A stretch of 62,670 bases of DNA, counting the filler, from Folioceros fuciformis (taxonomy: Eukaryota): the NCBI GenBank assembly GCA_049999805.1. It is 4 parts of 4 records of this genome, joined end to end, with 100 filler letters (N's around TTAATTAATTAA, not from the genome) between each part and the next. Parts side by side here need not be neighbours in the genome. Positions count along the whole stretch, not along the records: positions 36,572 to 57,891 come from JBNGIO010006369.1; positions 57,992 to 62,670 come from JBNGIO010006377.1; 2 more parts are not named here. One strand, 5' to 3'. Of this stretch, positions 51,506 to 62,670 are shown in pieces. A program made the position numbers and the translations under genes. Under the pieces are notes generated by a model, which was not told where the DNA came from, searched no databases, and saw only the letters and a program-made list of their open reading frames with translations. How positions within the stretch are numbered: the first letter of the stretch is position 1; every line of letters begins with the position of its first letter.

Positions 51506-53842
51506 ATGGGCCGCAAATGGAACGTTGCACCGAGCCCCAGAAAGCATGCGAGTCCGGTTGCTCGAGAGGACAAGTCGCCGCGAGTAGAGCAGAATATGGG
51601 TTCTGATTCTGGCCAGGGCCCTGTCAATGCAACTCCTCTGCAGAAAAAGTTCCAAGAAAAGATTCGGCCTATGTTCGATGTGGTGGACAAACTCAGAAAC
51701 TTGGGGGTTATGGAGGAAGGCATTTCCTTGCCCACGATTGTCGTGGTGGGTGATCAAAGTAGTGGCAAATCCAGCGTTCTGGAATCACTCGCAGGAATCA
51801 GCTTGCCGCGAGGGCAGGGCATCGCCACAAGGGTCCCTCTAATTCTTCGGCTTCAGACCAGGTGAAAGTTCGTGGGTGGTAGAGATCGACACTCGTTCTG
51901 AATTTGCACTACCGCATCTCATGGACACTTTGTTTGTTTTGATTTGAATACTCAATGACGAGGAAAAAATTACGATTGAGTACCCTGGAGTGAAAGAGGA
52001 CATTGAAGAGGATGGCATTGCGAACGCGGTTGTGAGAGCCCAAAATAAGCTTGCTGGAGACGGGAAGGGAATTTGCGACAGTCCAATCTCGCTCCATGTC
52101 CGGAAGCCTGATGCACCGGATTTGACTATGGTCGACCACCCGGGTATAACCCAGGTCCCTGTCCACGGACAGCCGGAAGACATTTATGAACAGATTGCTG
52201 CCATTATTCGTCATTACATCATGCCCCAGGACAGTGTTATTCTAAATGTGCTGTCCGCTGGTGTGGATTTCCCTACCTGCGAGAGCATAAGAATGTCCCA
52301 AGTTGCGGACAAAGCTGGAAAGAGGACTCTGGCAGTGGTTACCAAGGTGAGTTCTCGACACCCAGTCGAGTCTGTTCATACGGTTGTTTCTTGTGCCACA
52401 CAGCTAATTTTGTTGAGCCGTGAAGTCTGCGTGAAGCGATGCTAACAATTGGAGGTGACTGTATCTCTTTTCTATCATCAGGTTGATAGATCACCAGAGG
52501 GCCTTCTTGAAAAGGTCACCACAGACGCAGTGAGCATCGGGCTGGGTTACATATGTGTTCGTAACAGGGTATCTGAGCTGGAGTCTCACTTAGAAGCACG
52601 AATGATCGAGAAATCGCTGTTCGACTCACATCCGCTCTTGTCAAAGATCGATAAACGTATCGTCGGAATCCCGGTTCTGGCTGATCGGCTAACGCAGATA
52701 CAGGCAGACAGTATTCGGCGGCTGCTGCCAAACATCATTTCAATGATCGAGAAAGGTTAAAGTTACCCCCATACATCTGTGGATCAGAAGCGGTAGTAAT
52801 CATAGTACAGGTTTTGTTACATGTGATTCTCATCTCCAGAGCGGACTTCATTACTTGCAGGGCTCCAGAACAAGAGGCAGGAGTTGGCAAGCCTGCCTCA
52901 GGGAGTGGCAAGTAACTCTGAGGCTTATGTGGCGTTCTCGAAAACCATGGCGTCAAGAACAGAGCCAAGCAGTTAGTCGTTCGGGGGGACTGTACTGACG
53001 GCTTTGCGCAGGATAGCAATACTTTGCACTACACAGCACGATTGGATGCGATGTTTAACGGTATGGACGGGTACCTTTCATCTTGCCGTTTTCGGTACAC
53101 TGAAAGTTTTTTGAACAGCATAATGTCCACCGTCCAGATTCATACCCTGGTCCTTCGATGATTCATACGGATGTGCAGTTCCTGTCTTGTTCGCAGCCTT
53201 CACGGAGTATATGCTCGAATCAGGGCAAAGATTGCTGAATCCTTCACATACAGATGAGATTATGGAGATGATAGCTGAAACCAAAGGAGCGTCTTTGCCC
53301 AATTTTCTGCCCACGCAGGTGTTCCTGTCTCTAGTGAAAAGACAGGTCGACCGGATTGCCGATGCTTGTGATAGTCTTGTCCAGAATACTCACTCGTACG
53401 CAGATCGAGTGCAAATGGAGGTACACTTCTCCGTAGATCTTTGGGCTGTTTGGTGTCTCCTGGGAGCCATTAGAGTTGACCAAATTTGGAATTGAGTTTG
53501 CAGGTCATTAAAACCTGCACAGTCGGGTATCCTGCTTTGAAGTCTGCCGCCGAGGTGGTAGCCCGTACCGTAATTGCTGACAGTCGGAGCAACTGTGAAA
53601 GGTTTGTGGAAAGGATGCTAGCCAAAGAGCGAACTATAATCTTCACCAAAACTAGACTCTACATGCAACTGGTGAAAGGCATGGCCGCATGTGTGAAAGA
53701 GCAGAACGTGACGGAGATCGGATCAGATCAAGACAGCGAGGCCGAGCGAAGCCAGAATGGAATTCTGAAATTCGTCCAAGATATGGTTAAAGATTTTGAC
53801 CCGACAGAAGTGCAAAGGAACAAATCTTCTAGTGACTTCATG
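51506..53842 (+). pseudogene. Tandem paralog of the Mx-like/DRP4 dynamin, disabled
   Basis: Same exon layout as the first copy. The exon 2 acceptor reads AA rather than AG (about 51955), DLPG has become DHPG, a 4-nt deletion near 52965 gives a TAG, and the last exon was not found. Confidence 0.85.
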
Positions 53843-53959
53843 GCTAGACTTTACTGCAAATGATGCTTGGCCGTATCGTAGCCTAGTCGTTGCCTGCGAT
53901 CTGATCTGATTGCTGGATTGTCTCAAAAGTGACTGCATTTTGGCTTCAACCAACCTACG

Positions 53960-54322
53960 TCACGAAAATTCTGGAGGGCAGGCCTAAAGTTTGGCAGACC
54001 AGCTGCAATGCACAAAGAGAAAAAGCCGTTAGAAGGGCCACTTCTACCAAGTTTAAGCGGAAAGAGTGGAGGACTGCAGAATTTCTAAGGGACGGATAGA
54101 ATATGGAATCACGCTTGTCCGTGGGGAAGGTAGTGGTGGTTCAGCATTTTAGAAGATGATGTATGTAGGGTGGAGTGGAATGATGCTTCTCTATCTGCTA
54201 GTTACAGCAGGTTCTAGACCTGAAGGTTATAGACCAGCATCAAGTTTTACCTGTACGTGTCATCTCAATTGTAGCTTTTTGTTGATAGAATATGAACTCT
54301 TTTCTTTGCGGGACAAAAAAAA
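53960..54322 (+). mobile_element. 5'-truncated LINE 3' end with short poly(A)
   Basis: KRKEWRTAEFL...WNHAC is similar to the LINE remnant near 13185-13250. Ends in an A-run at about 54315-54322. Confidence 0.55.
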
Positions 54323-54519
54323 TGCCTAAGCATGGACCAAGCCCAAATGAGATCTCATTGTCAGTCACAAATGTTGCTACTGCAATTTGAAATGCCTAAA
54401 TGCACAATCGAGCCAAAATCCAAGACCCAACTCATTTTCCTGAATGAGAGTAGATACATGCTAAGGAAGCCTTGGGATGGATGAGTCCTAGAGAAAGCTG
54501 ATTGGGCTTGCACATGCTA

Positions 54520-55060
54520 CTTTTCAAAAAAAGAGGCTTGAAGACCCCACATCCCTTCGAACCCTACAGAAGGAGGATATAGGATGTATGGCTTCTAGAG
54601 CCTCCAAAGGTAAAGAGTCCCTCACTTGCCTCATAAACACCCATAAACAAAAAAATCCCTCCTTGACGCCTCGTGTAAAATTCCTCAAACCAGGGAAGTC
54701 ATGGAGTAAAAAATAGGGGCTAGAATTGGAGCAAAGAGGGCCCACCTACTAAGGAAGGTGGCTAGAGCCAAGGCCTCTACGGCTAACAAGCGAGTGCCCT
54801 TAAGGCAATTGGCAAGGATGCTTGCTTTTGGGTCAAATTCTCAAGAGCACATTCGAAGGTATCGCGACCTAAGATGTCCTTTAGAACTTGCGTAACCCAA
54901 TTATCTATAGTCCTTAGATTTGTCCAAAAAGTTGGAAAAAGAGCAATGGTTCTTATCAAGTAACCTGGCCAATGCACAAAGCATAAAGAAAGATGGTGGG
55001 CAGTGGGCAACATGAGGATTGTGGGACTTCTAACACTCCAGCTCCACCCCATATTGGATT
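54520..55060 (-). mobile_element. Degenerate non-LTR retrotransposon, region downstream of the RT core
   Basis: PGYLIRT...QKQASLPIALRAL resembles the QAxLPxxxGGLG motif of non-LTR ORF2 proteins. Fragmentary. Confidence 0.45.
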
Positions 55061-55281
55061 GGCATATGAGCCTTGCATGGAAGGGGATGTCACTAAGCTT
55101 TAGTACCTAGATCCTATTGTCGTTGAATATGCTAGCCCATTTGTGAGAGTTACTGCTCTATATGTGTCGGAAGAGAAAAAGCTTTCTACACCATATGCTG
55201 TTGATGATAGGGAAGCTAATCAGCAATAGGTGATGATGAGATTTCCAAGTGAAGAGTGAGATCTTCTCCTCTATTGCTCAC

Positions 55282-55392
55282 ATGTAGGGGAGGCTTGTCA
55301 AACAAAGAGGAAGGGGGACCTTCACTTCTTTCCTATGTAGGGGAGGCTTGTCAAACAAAGAGGAAGGGGGACCTTCACTTCTTTCCTATGTA
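55282..55392. repeat. Direct tandem duplication of about 54 bp
   Basis: ATGTAGGGGAGGCTTGTCAAACAAAGAGGAAGGGGGACCTTCACTTCTTTCCT occurs twice, differing only in a G-run length. Confidence 0.9.
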
Positions 55393-56249
55393 GACACAGG
55401 AAGTCACTCCTAGTAGTGAAGAGAAGCCATATGTCAATGGGTCATAGGCAAAGCGTCTTTCATAGTCAATTTTGGTAGCAAGAAGGCTGAGGAACTCTTG
55501 GCAATTCGAAGCACATTAAAGACAAGCATCTCCTGAAATTCCAAACTATGTTTGTAAAAGTATTGAGTTTGTTCATTCTAATGTTTTAGATCTAGTTTGA
55601 GTTCTAGAGTATGCTGGACGACCAACGCACTCCATAGAACGAGGAGCGTGCCAATCTGATTTATAAAATTATTAATCATCTAGCTCAGAACCTGTAAATA
55701 TTCGTACATGGAAGAAGCTAAGCTTGTGTACTGTCACACCTAGACTCAAACCTTTGCATTTTGAACCTTTCACAACACTTCATTCTAATCTGTTGCACGA
55801 GGTAAATTGTTTTGTTTTTTGTGTTTTTTTAGTACATGTCCATCTACTTGTATTTGAAAATTGATTGATTGGTTTGTTCGATTTGATTGGTTTGTAAGAG
55901 GTCCTCAATATGAGCGAAGACGTCCAAGAGGAAACCCCCAACTTACAGTCTCAACGAGGAAGCAATGCCCCACTCGCCCTAAATATTGAAGATCGCAACC
56001 AACAGAGCACATTGAAGGGAGACTTTAATAGGCCCTAGCTAAAAATTTTAATTTAATTAAATAAAAAAAATATTCTCAAATATACTTCATTTGCTACAGT
56101 TGAATTTAAATATGATGTTGTGATCCCCATCATAATGGAGACAAAGATAGCGAGAATAGAGACAACCAAAAGGTTTTATATGTGTGCTGGTACCACACAT
56201 TTGCAACAACAATAGCAACTAATTCAAAAATTTGTTCAAAGATTGTTGT

Positions 56250-56410
56250 AGCTACTTTTCCTTGTGGATCTTTCTCTTCGTTCCATCATTCTACTTTTCT
56301 TTGTGGATCTTTCTCTTCTTTCCATTATTTTATTTTTCTTTGTGGATCTTACTCTTAATTCCATTATTTTACTTTTCTTTATCGACCTTTCTCTTCGTTC
56401 CTTTTTATTT
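56250..56410. repeat. Degenerate tandem repeat, 39 bp x about 4
   Basis: Variants of TACTTTTCTTTGTGGATCTTTCTCTTCGTTCCATCATTC. Confidence 0.8.
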
Positions 56411-56447
56411 TAGGGTGACTAGTGTATGGTTTATTTGATGTAGAACC

Positions 56448-57766
56448 ATGGTAAATTTTCACCGCAATATTTTGGCTTCTTGCATCCTTGTTATATTGGG
56501 GTGTAACTTCTTCAAGATTGGATACTCACATGTTTTGCCCATGTGTTCTTTTTTTGCAAGATTTACTAGGTGAATTGTAGCCATTTTATTGAATTAGTGG
56601 TTTTGACGTTTTGCATTGATGTGTTTGTAGACTCCATTGCACAAATTGTTTTTGTTTATGGAATGGGTCATGGAGCCTAGGCTTGGTTTGAGGTGGCAAA
56701 CCTTCTTAAACAACAAGGTTACACAGTGAAAGCCATTGATCTTACCTCCCATGGCATAGACAAAGCAACGGCAATGGATGTCAGTACACTTGACCAATAT
56801 ACAAAACCGTTGATTGATTACTTAAATACACTTGACCCAACAAGCAAAGTAAGCTTGTTGATGTATTTATATTTGCTGTATTGATCATTTTATCTCTTAG
56901 GTGTTCTCTAATCAAAGTTGCTTTTCCTTACTGTCAAGTTGTACTTATTGGCCATAGTCTTGGGGGAGGTTTAATATCATATGCCGCTGAGAAGTTTCCT
57001 ACAAAGGTGCATAACATGATTTTCCTTGCTGGAATAATGCCAAAAGATGGACAAAGCTACTTCGACTCATTTTCGGCACCAGTAAGATATTCATGTTATT
57101 CTTGTCATTTTTAGAACAAAAAATAGATTGATGTAGATAATTTTGTTCTATATTGCTGATCTACTGGAAATATGAATAGCTACTTGGAGGTCAAGCAAGT
57201 ATGAAAGGTTTTGTTGACTTATGAAATCCTAATGACATTTTACTCTTGAATATGGTAGCTTTTCCCAAGAGTTTCTGGAGCTGAGCACTTGATTGTGAAC
57301 AATGATGCTTAATTGTGAACAATGATGCTACTGGAAGCCCTGTATTAGTGTCGGTAAATGTTGATAAAATTGGAGAATTCTTTTACAACAAATGTCCTCC
57401 GGAGGTACATCACCATGGTCACATTACACTAGTAGCCAAATTATGCACAATTTTTTATGTGATGCAAACTAATCTTTCTTGTATTTTTTAATACAGCATA
57501 TTATTTTAGGACAATCTCTTCTTGTCCTAACTCCCTACAAGCCAGCAAACGAGAAGTTAACGTTAACGGCAACAAATTATGGAAGCATTCCGAGATATTA
57601 TATTCGTACTTCAGATGATTTGGGAATTAACTCTTCAGATCAAGACACCATTATTGCTGCTAATCCACCGACCGAAACAAGCTCTTTAAATAATAGTGAC
57701 CATGCAGCATATTTTTCAAATCCATCTGGTTTAGCATCTCTCATCAACGGATTTGCTACTAAGTAG
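56448..57766 (+). pseudogene. Methylesterase (MES/SABP2/HNL family) alpha/beta hydrolase pseudogene with putative signal-peptide exon
   Basis: VFVYGMGHGA*AW, AIDLTSHG, nucleophile elbow GHSLGG, SDDLGI and SDHAAYFS. Lesions are TGG to TAG, an acceptor reading CAA near 56937 and a 20-bp duplication giving TAA near 57310. Confidence 0.85.
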
Positions 57767-57991
57767 AGTGTGTCATAACCATTTACCTATTGCCTTACCA
57801 TGGTAGTCTAAGATCATGTGATATGTGTAAGGATCTTTTTTTTTTCAATATTACACTACTAATTATTTTAGGCATAATGTAATGACAACCANNNNNNNNN
57901 NNNNNNNNNNNNNNNNNNNNNNNNNNNNNNNNNNNTTAATTAATTAANNNNNNNNNNNNNNNNNNNNNNNNNNNNNNNNNNNNNNNNNNNN

Positions 57992-60900
57992 CAGGTTGAA
58001 CTTTGCTAGGCTGTCGAGGATATACTTGCGCTGTGACAGGGTGAGAACCCTATTCTTCCTGTCACGTTTTATCTCGACTCCAAGGCACCAGGTAAGTTCC
58101 CCAATGTCTGTCATGTCGAACTCAGCCTTCAGCAGATTTTTGACCATGCCTATCAAGCTCCCTGGACCAGGTGTCCCCGCCATGACCAGGTCGTCGACAT
58201 ACACCAGGAGCATCAGATATGCTCCTCCTTTCCTGAGTATATACAGGTTTGTGTCCGCAGCTGATGTTTGAAAACCGCATTTGTTGACTAGAAATCCATC
58301 CAGACGTGTGTGCCAGGCTCTAGGGCTTTGCTCCAGCCCATACAATGTTTTGTGAAGTTTGCACACTAAATTCTCCTTACCTTTCTGGATGTAGCCTTCC
58401 GGTTGAGACATGTAGATTTCTTCCTCCAGCTGGCCATTGAGGAATGCGGTGCGGACGTCCATCTGCTGCAAGTCAAGGTCACAGTGTGCAGCGACTGCAA
58501 GTACCATACGTAAGGTTGGGAACTTGATCACAGGGGCAAAAGTTTCAAAGTAGTCTTCGCCAGGTTTCTGTGAAAATCCCCGAACCACGAGGCGTGCTTT
58601 GTATCTTTCAATTGAGCCGTCTGCCTTATATTTTGTTTTAAACACCCACTTACAGGAAATTGCTCTCCTGTTTGATGGCAGAGGCTGCAAGGACCATGTC
58701 CGATTTTTGATGAGGGAGTCGTACTCTTCCTTCACTGCTTGTTTCCACTTGCTTGAGTCAGGACCAGAATAGGCCTCCTTCATTGTTAACGGGTCTCGAG
58801 GATCCACTAGTGCAACTGCCAGGGCGTGCTCAACTTCTTTGCGGACTGAGAAATCCGGGACACCAGATTGTAATGTGGCCAGCAGCGACACGTCACCAAG
58901 TGTGTCATTATCCCCGCCTTCTTCATGGTCAGACTCCCCCACTGTAGCTGGCATGGATTCCACCGTTTTGCCTGTAGACCAGTCAGTGTGACTGTGCCTG
59001 GTCCAGTAACTGGGGTCAAACTGGACAGGTGCTGACCGGTTCCGGGATGGATACCGGGATGTGGAGGCAGCTTGCTCCACTACAGGCTCAGGTTGCACTT
59101 CTTGCACATTCATATCTGCTCGTGCATCCAGGTCAGCTGGGAGATCGTCTGAGACATCAATGGTGGCCGAGTCATCTTCGACATCCATGGATATGCTACT
59201 ATTGGATTGATCAAATTGAGACAGCTGGCCCCTCACGTCAGCATTGAAATGTCCAGGGGCCTCAGAGAACTCCAGGTATTCCTCCTCTGCCTGGTCTGGT
59301 GCTGACGAGTCATGCATGGGTGAAAGCAGGCTGACTTCGTCGAAGACTACGCTCCTAGCATATTGTGCACTTCGTGTTTGAGGATCGAAGAGCTTGTATG
59401 CCTTAATGCCATCAGTGTATCCAATAAAAATCAACTTCTTGGCACGGTCTGACAGTTTTGAGTGAGCTAACTTCTCCTTTGGAATATGTGCGTACGCTGG
59501 TGAGCCAAAAGTGCGAAGATGTTGCACAGACGGTTTCCTCCCACACCATGCTTCATACGGGGTTTTTCCTTGAAGAGCTTTGCAAGGTAAGCGATTATAA
59601 AGATAATTTGCTGTGTAAATCGCTTCTCCCCAGTATGCTAAGGGCAAATGTGCCTGCTTAAGTAATGTTCTGGCAATGTCTTGTGCAGACCGATTTCTGC
59701 GTTCAGCCACTCCATTCTGAGATGAACTGTACGGCACTGTATACTGCCTCAAGATGCCCAGATCACTGCAGTATGAGTTAAATGCTTTAGAGTCGAATTC
59801 TCCTCCATTATCCGTACGCAGGCAAAGCAGATTCTTACAGGTCTGTCTCTCCACCATGGTCTTGTACTGTTTAAAGCATGCAAATGCATCACTTTTGTGT
59901 TTGAGAACATATACATGACCAAAGCGGCTGTAGTCATCAATGAAAGTCAAGAAATAAATCCCTCCTCCAAACGAGGGTGTAGAGACTGGCCCGCACAGAT
60001 CTGCATGCACCAGCTGCAGGGCTTCAGCTGCGCGAGTGCCTCCTCCCTTTGGAAAGACTGTTTTGTGATGCTTCCCAAATACACATGCTTCGCAAAAAGG
60101 TAAAGACGTGAGTTTTGTCGGTACTCCATCTGTGTAGATGTCCTTTGTACTCATGTCTTTCAACTTGCGTGGGTTTGGATGTCCCAAGCGCATGTGCCAG
60201 ATTCTGGTGACATCTGAGTCAGAGACACTGGGGCTGACCCCTGCCAGCTGTGCTGATGGTACGGGAAGACTGGAGACATTCAAGAGAAACAAATCATTAG
60301 ATAAGTGACCTGTAGCAATGGGCTTGCCAGACTGCTTGATCTCGCACATAGACCTCTTGAAGGACACCTCTATCTCTCTGCTGCGCACAAGTTGACACAC
60401 TGACACCAGGTTTTTTGTGATTGCAGGAACGTGAAGTACACTGTTCAAGACCAAGGTGCTGCCATTTTCCAACCTCAAGGTGACACTACCCACACCTCTA
60501 ATCTGCAGCTCACTGTCGTCCCCTAGCAGGACATTTTGTGACTCAGAGTGGAGAATGTATTGAGAAAAAGCAAACCTGTCATGACAAATGTGGGCAGTTG
60601 CCCATGAATCTATAAACCAACTTGGTGTGTGAGACTCTGTTGCGGACAGACAGACTGTTAGGATAGTAGGTGAATTTTTGACATGTGCTGACTGAGGCCT
60701 TGACTGTTTTGGAGGGGGAGAGGCCTCAGAGAAGGGGGATGCTCGAACCATCAGCACAGACGGCGTCGACTTCTCCTTCTTTGGCCACAGTATTGGCCTC
60801 AGGAGCAGGTACCCGTCTGGGTTCGCCATTCTTCTTCTTTCTGCAATCTCTCTCCCAGTGATTAGGCAATCCGCACCAGTTGCAGTTGCCTTGTCTCTTC

Positions 60901-62670
60901 TTGCTTGTTGATGCCTCACCTGATGGAGCTGACCCGAAACCCTTAGACTTGAAAGGCTTTCCAGGTGCTTTTCGTGGCCCCTTAGGCCGGGCTGCAAACA
61001 ATGCCTGCCCCCTAGGTGGCTTAGCAGCAGATAAGGTCTGCCTGCTAACCTCTTCCATCATTAGAGCTCCTATGAGTTCATTCACATTCAGAGTTGGAAT
61101 TTCACCCTCGTTCAGATTTGAAACCAGTGCAAGTTGTTGTGCCAGACGTAATACTGCATTTTGGCTGGTGACAAAATTGATGTAACTTGCAGGAAGAGCT
61201 GAAAGGAGCCTCATACACGCCTCTGACTCCTTCACTCGAGTGCCAGACTGCTCCAACTTGAGACGCGCAACTCGGAACTTCCCAATAAATTGGTCCAGAG
61301 GTTCTCCTTCACGCATTTTCAAGCTGTAGTACTTAGTGCTGGCTGACATCTTTGTCATCATATCTTTGCCATGATACACCATACTCAGGTGATCCCACAT
61401 CTCTTTGGATGTTGTTGCAGCTGATGTGGCAGTGACCATCTCCTCAACCAAGCCGAGCCTGATTGCACTTTGTGCCCGGATGTCCAGGAAATCCCACATT
61501 TCTTGGTCCTCTGACCGCTGTCCTGGAAGCTGCATAGGGTCATCAAACGGGCGTGGGACATCGCCAGAAACATGCCCCCACAGAGAAAGCTCCATCAGAA
61601 TTCCCTTCATTCTCAACTTCCAGACATCATAATTAGCACCACTTGTAAGCCTGTCTTTCTCCTTGAACTCGAAACGAACAGGCTGCATATTTTTGATCAG
61701 TTTCGCTGAAACACTTATGTTGCTGTCTCTTCGATCAGGTCGATCTTCAGGGCGACGATCTGCATCAAAGTTGTTGGCTTCGTCACCCATGCCGAACAAA
61801 GATGCTATCCCGCTCAGAGAATCTTCTTCGAGTGACTGGTCAATTAATTCTGAGACAGCATCACTTCCATGAAACTGCATTCAAGGAAGTGCTTGGGAAA
61901 CTGCCGGCACAAATTCAGGTTCGGCAGGTCTCCTCTCATTGCTCATTGTGCCTACTTCAGGTATGCAATGTTTAGAAGCGTTAGTCTTATTCAAATGCTC
62001 GTTTTGTAACGACACAAGCAATCGCAGGTCTAAACTGCAAAGGTGAACATCAATTCTCTGCAGGGATTTCTCTAGTCTCTCCACAGACTCCGTCAACTGA
62101 AGAGAGCGCTTGAAGGCAGCCGTGACGTAATCGGCAAAGGTGCCGGTCAAATCACGAACTTCCTGTCTTATGCACTGCAGCAGGGTGCCGGGCGCTGGAA
62201 GTTGAATCTTTGCCTGATGTTCAGGAATGCTCCTACGGCTGATCGCTCGATGACGGTGAGTGTCCAGGTACGCTACATCTTCGTGATATTGGTTCGAGGA
62301 TGCGCACTGACAGGGCCTTTCCTCCACGACGGTTGCAGGGGTGCTCCGATACAGGTGATAAGCTGGAGAGTCACGGGGCAGCAAAGTGTGCTCTCGTCTT
62401 CCAGTCTGACTTCGTCCAGGTCGGAATCCTCCTCTGCGGCTGTTGTGTCGGCGGTAGTGTCCCTGCCAACGCGCATCCATGGCTTCACGAAGGTAAGCCC
62501 TGCATCCTCCTGCAGGCACTCGCAGCGCACCCAGCACTTGACTCCACAATCGCTTCTGCTGATTCAGAGTTGTATCTTCGCAGGCCAGGAGCATGAACGC
62601 CACTCATGAGCGACGATCCTCATTGACTAACCTCCTCTCATCTCAACGCCTCATAGAGGGCTCTGATACC
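57992..62670 (-). mobile_element. Copia element E: 3' part lost in a gap, 5' LTR outside the window
   Basis: The window ends in the PBS (GGTATCAGAG on the minus strand). gag 61880-60726 with CCHC knuckle. pol with WHMRLGHP, RTDNGGEF and VYVDD. One frameshift near 60730-60780; protease motif reads DSWAT. Confidence 0.93.
61881..62603 (-). CDS. Extra ORF upstream of gag in Copia E (240 aa, predicted coiled coil)
   Basis: Open frame starting about 60 bp after the PBS, with an Arg-rich tract and heptad-like LTESVERLEKSLQRIDVHLCSLDLRL. Its TGA abuts the next ATG in the same frame. Confidence 0.7.
   Translation of the reverse strand: MAFMLLACEDTTLNQQKRLWSQVLGALRVPAGGCRAYLREAMDARWQGHYRRHNSRRGGFRPGRSQTGRREHTLLPRDSPAYHLYRSTPATVVEERPCQCASSNQYHEDVAYLDTHRHRAISRRSIPEHQAKIQLPAPGTLLQCIRQEVRDLTGTFADYVTAAFKRSLQLTESVERLEKSLQRIDVHLCSLDLRLLVSLQNEHLNKTNASKHCIPEVGTMSNERRPAEPEFVPAVSQALP

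Overview
This is a scaffolded eukaryotic land-plant genomic window with several N gaps. A hornwort or other seed-free plant is inferred from the DYW:KP-like PPR protein, short introns and Arabidopsis-type telomere repeats. The left gene island holds an intronless 3-beta-hydroxysteroid dehydrogenase/decarboxylase with a reticulon domain, a multi-exon DHRS12-like SDR and a divergent thioredoxin h. From 8.7 to 32 kb is a retroelement pile-up: an L1-like LINE interrupted by a deleted Copia, a near-complete Copia, a Copia nested in another Copia, and a decayed Gypsy integrase ending in a PHD finger. The right part holds a methylesterase-like pseudogene present twice, a PLS-E-DYW PPR gene of the U-to-C editing type, an orphan Lys-rich ORF, interstitial telomere-like repeats, two tandem Mx/DRP4-like dynamins (the second disabled) and a fifth Copia running to the window end. 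The most notable observations are: (1) all five Copia elements carry an extra ORF between the PBS and gag, homologous in three of them; (2) a Gypsy integrase is fused to a PHD finger; (3) the DYW:KP-type editing factor; (4) a decayed fragment resembling an N4/N6 DNA methyltransferase. All calls come from reading motifs by eye; no searches were run.
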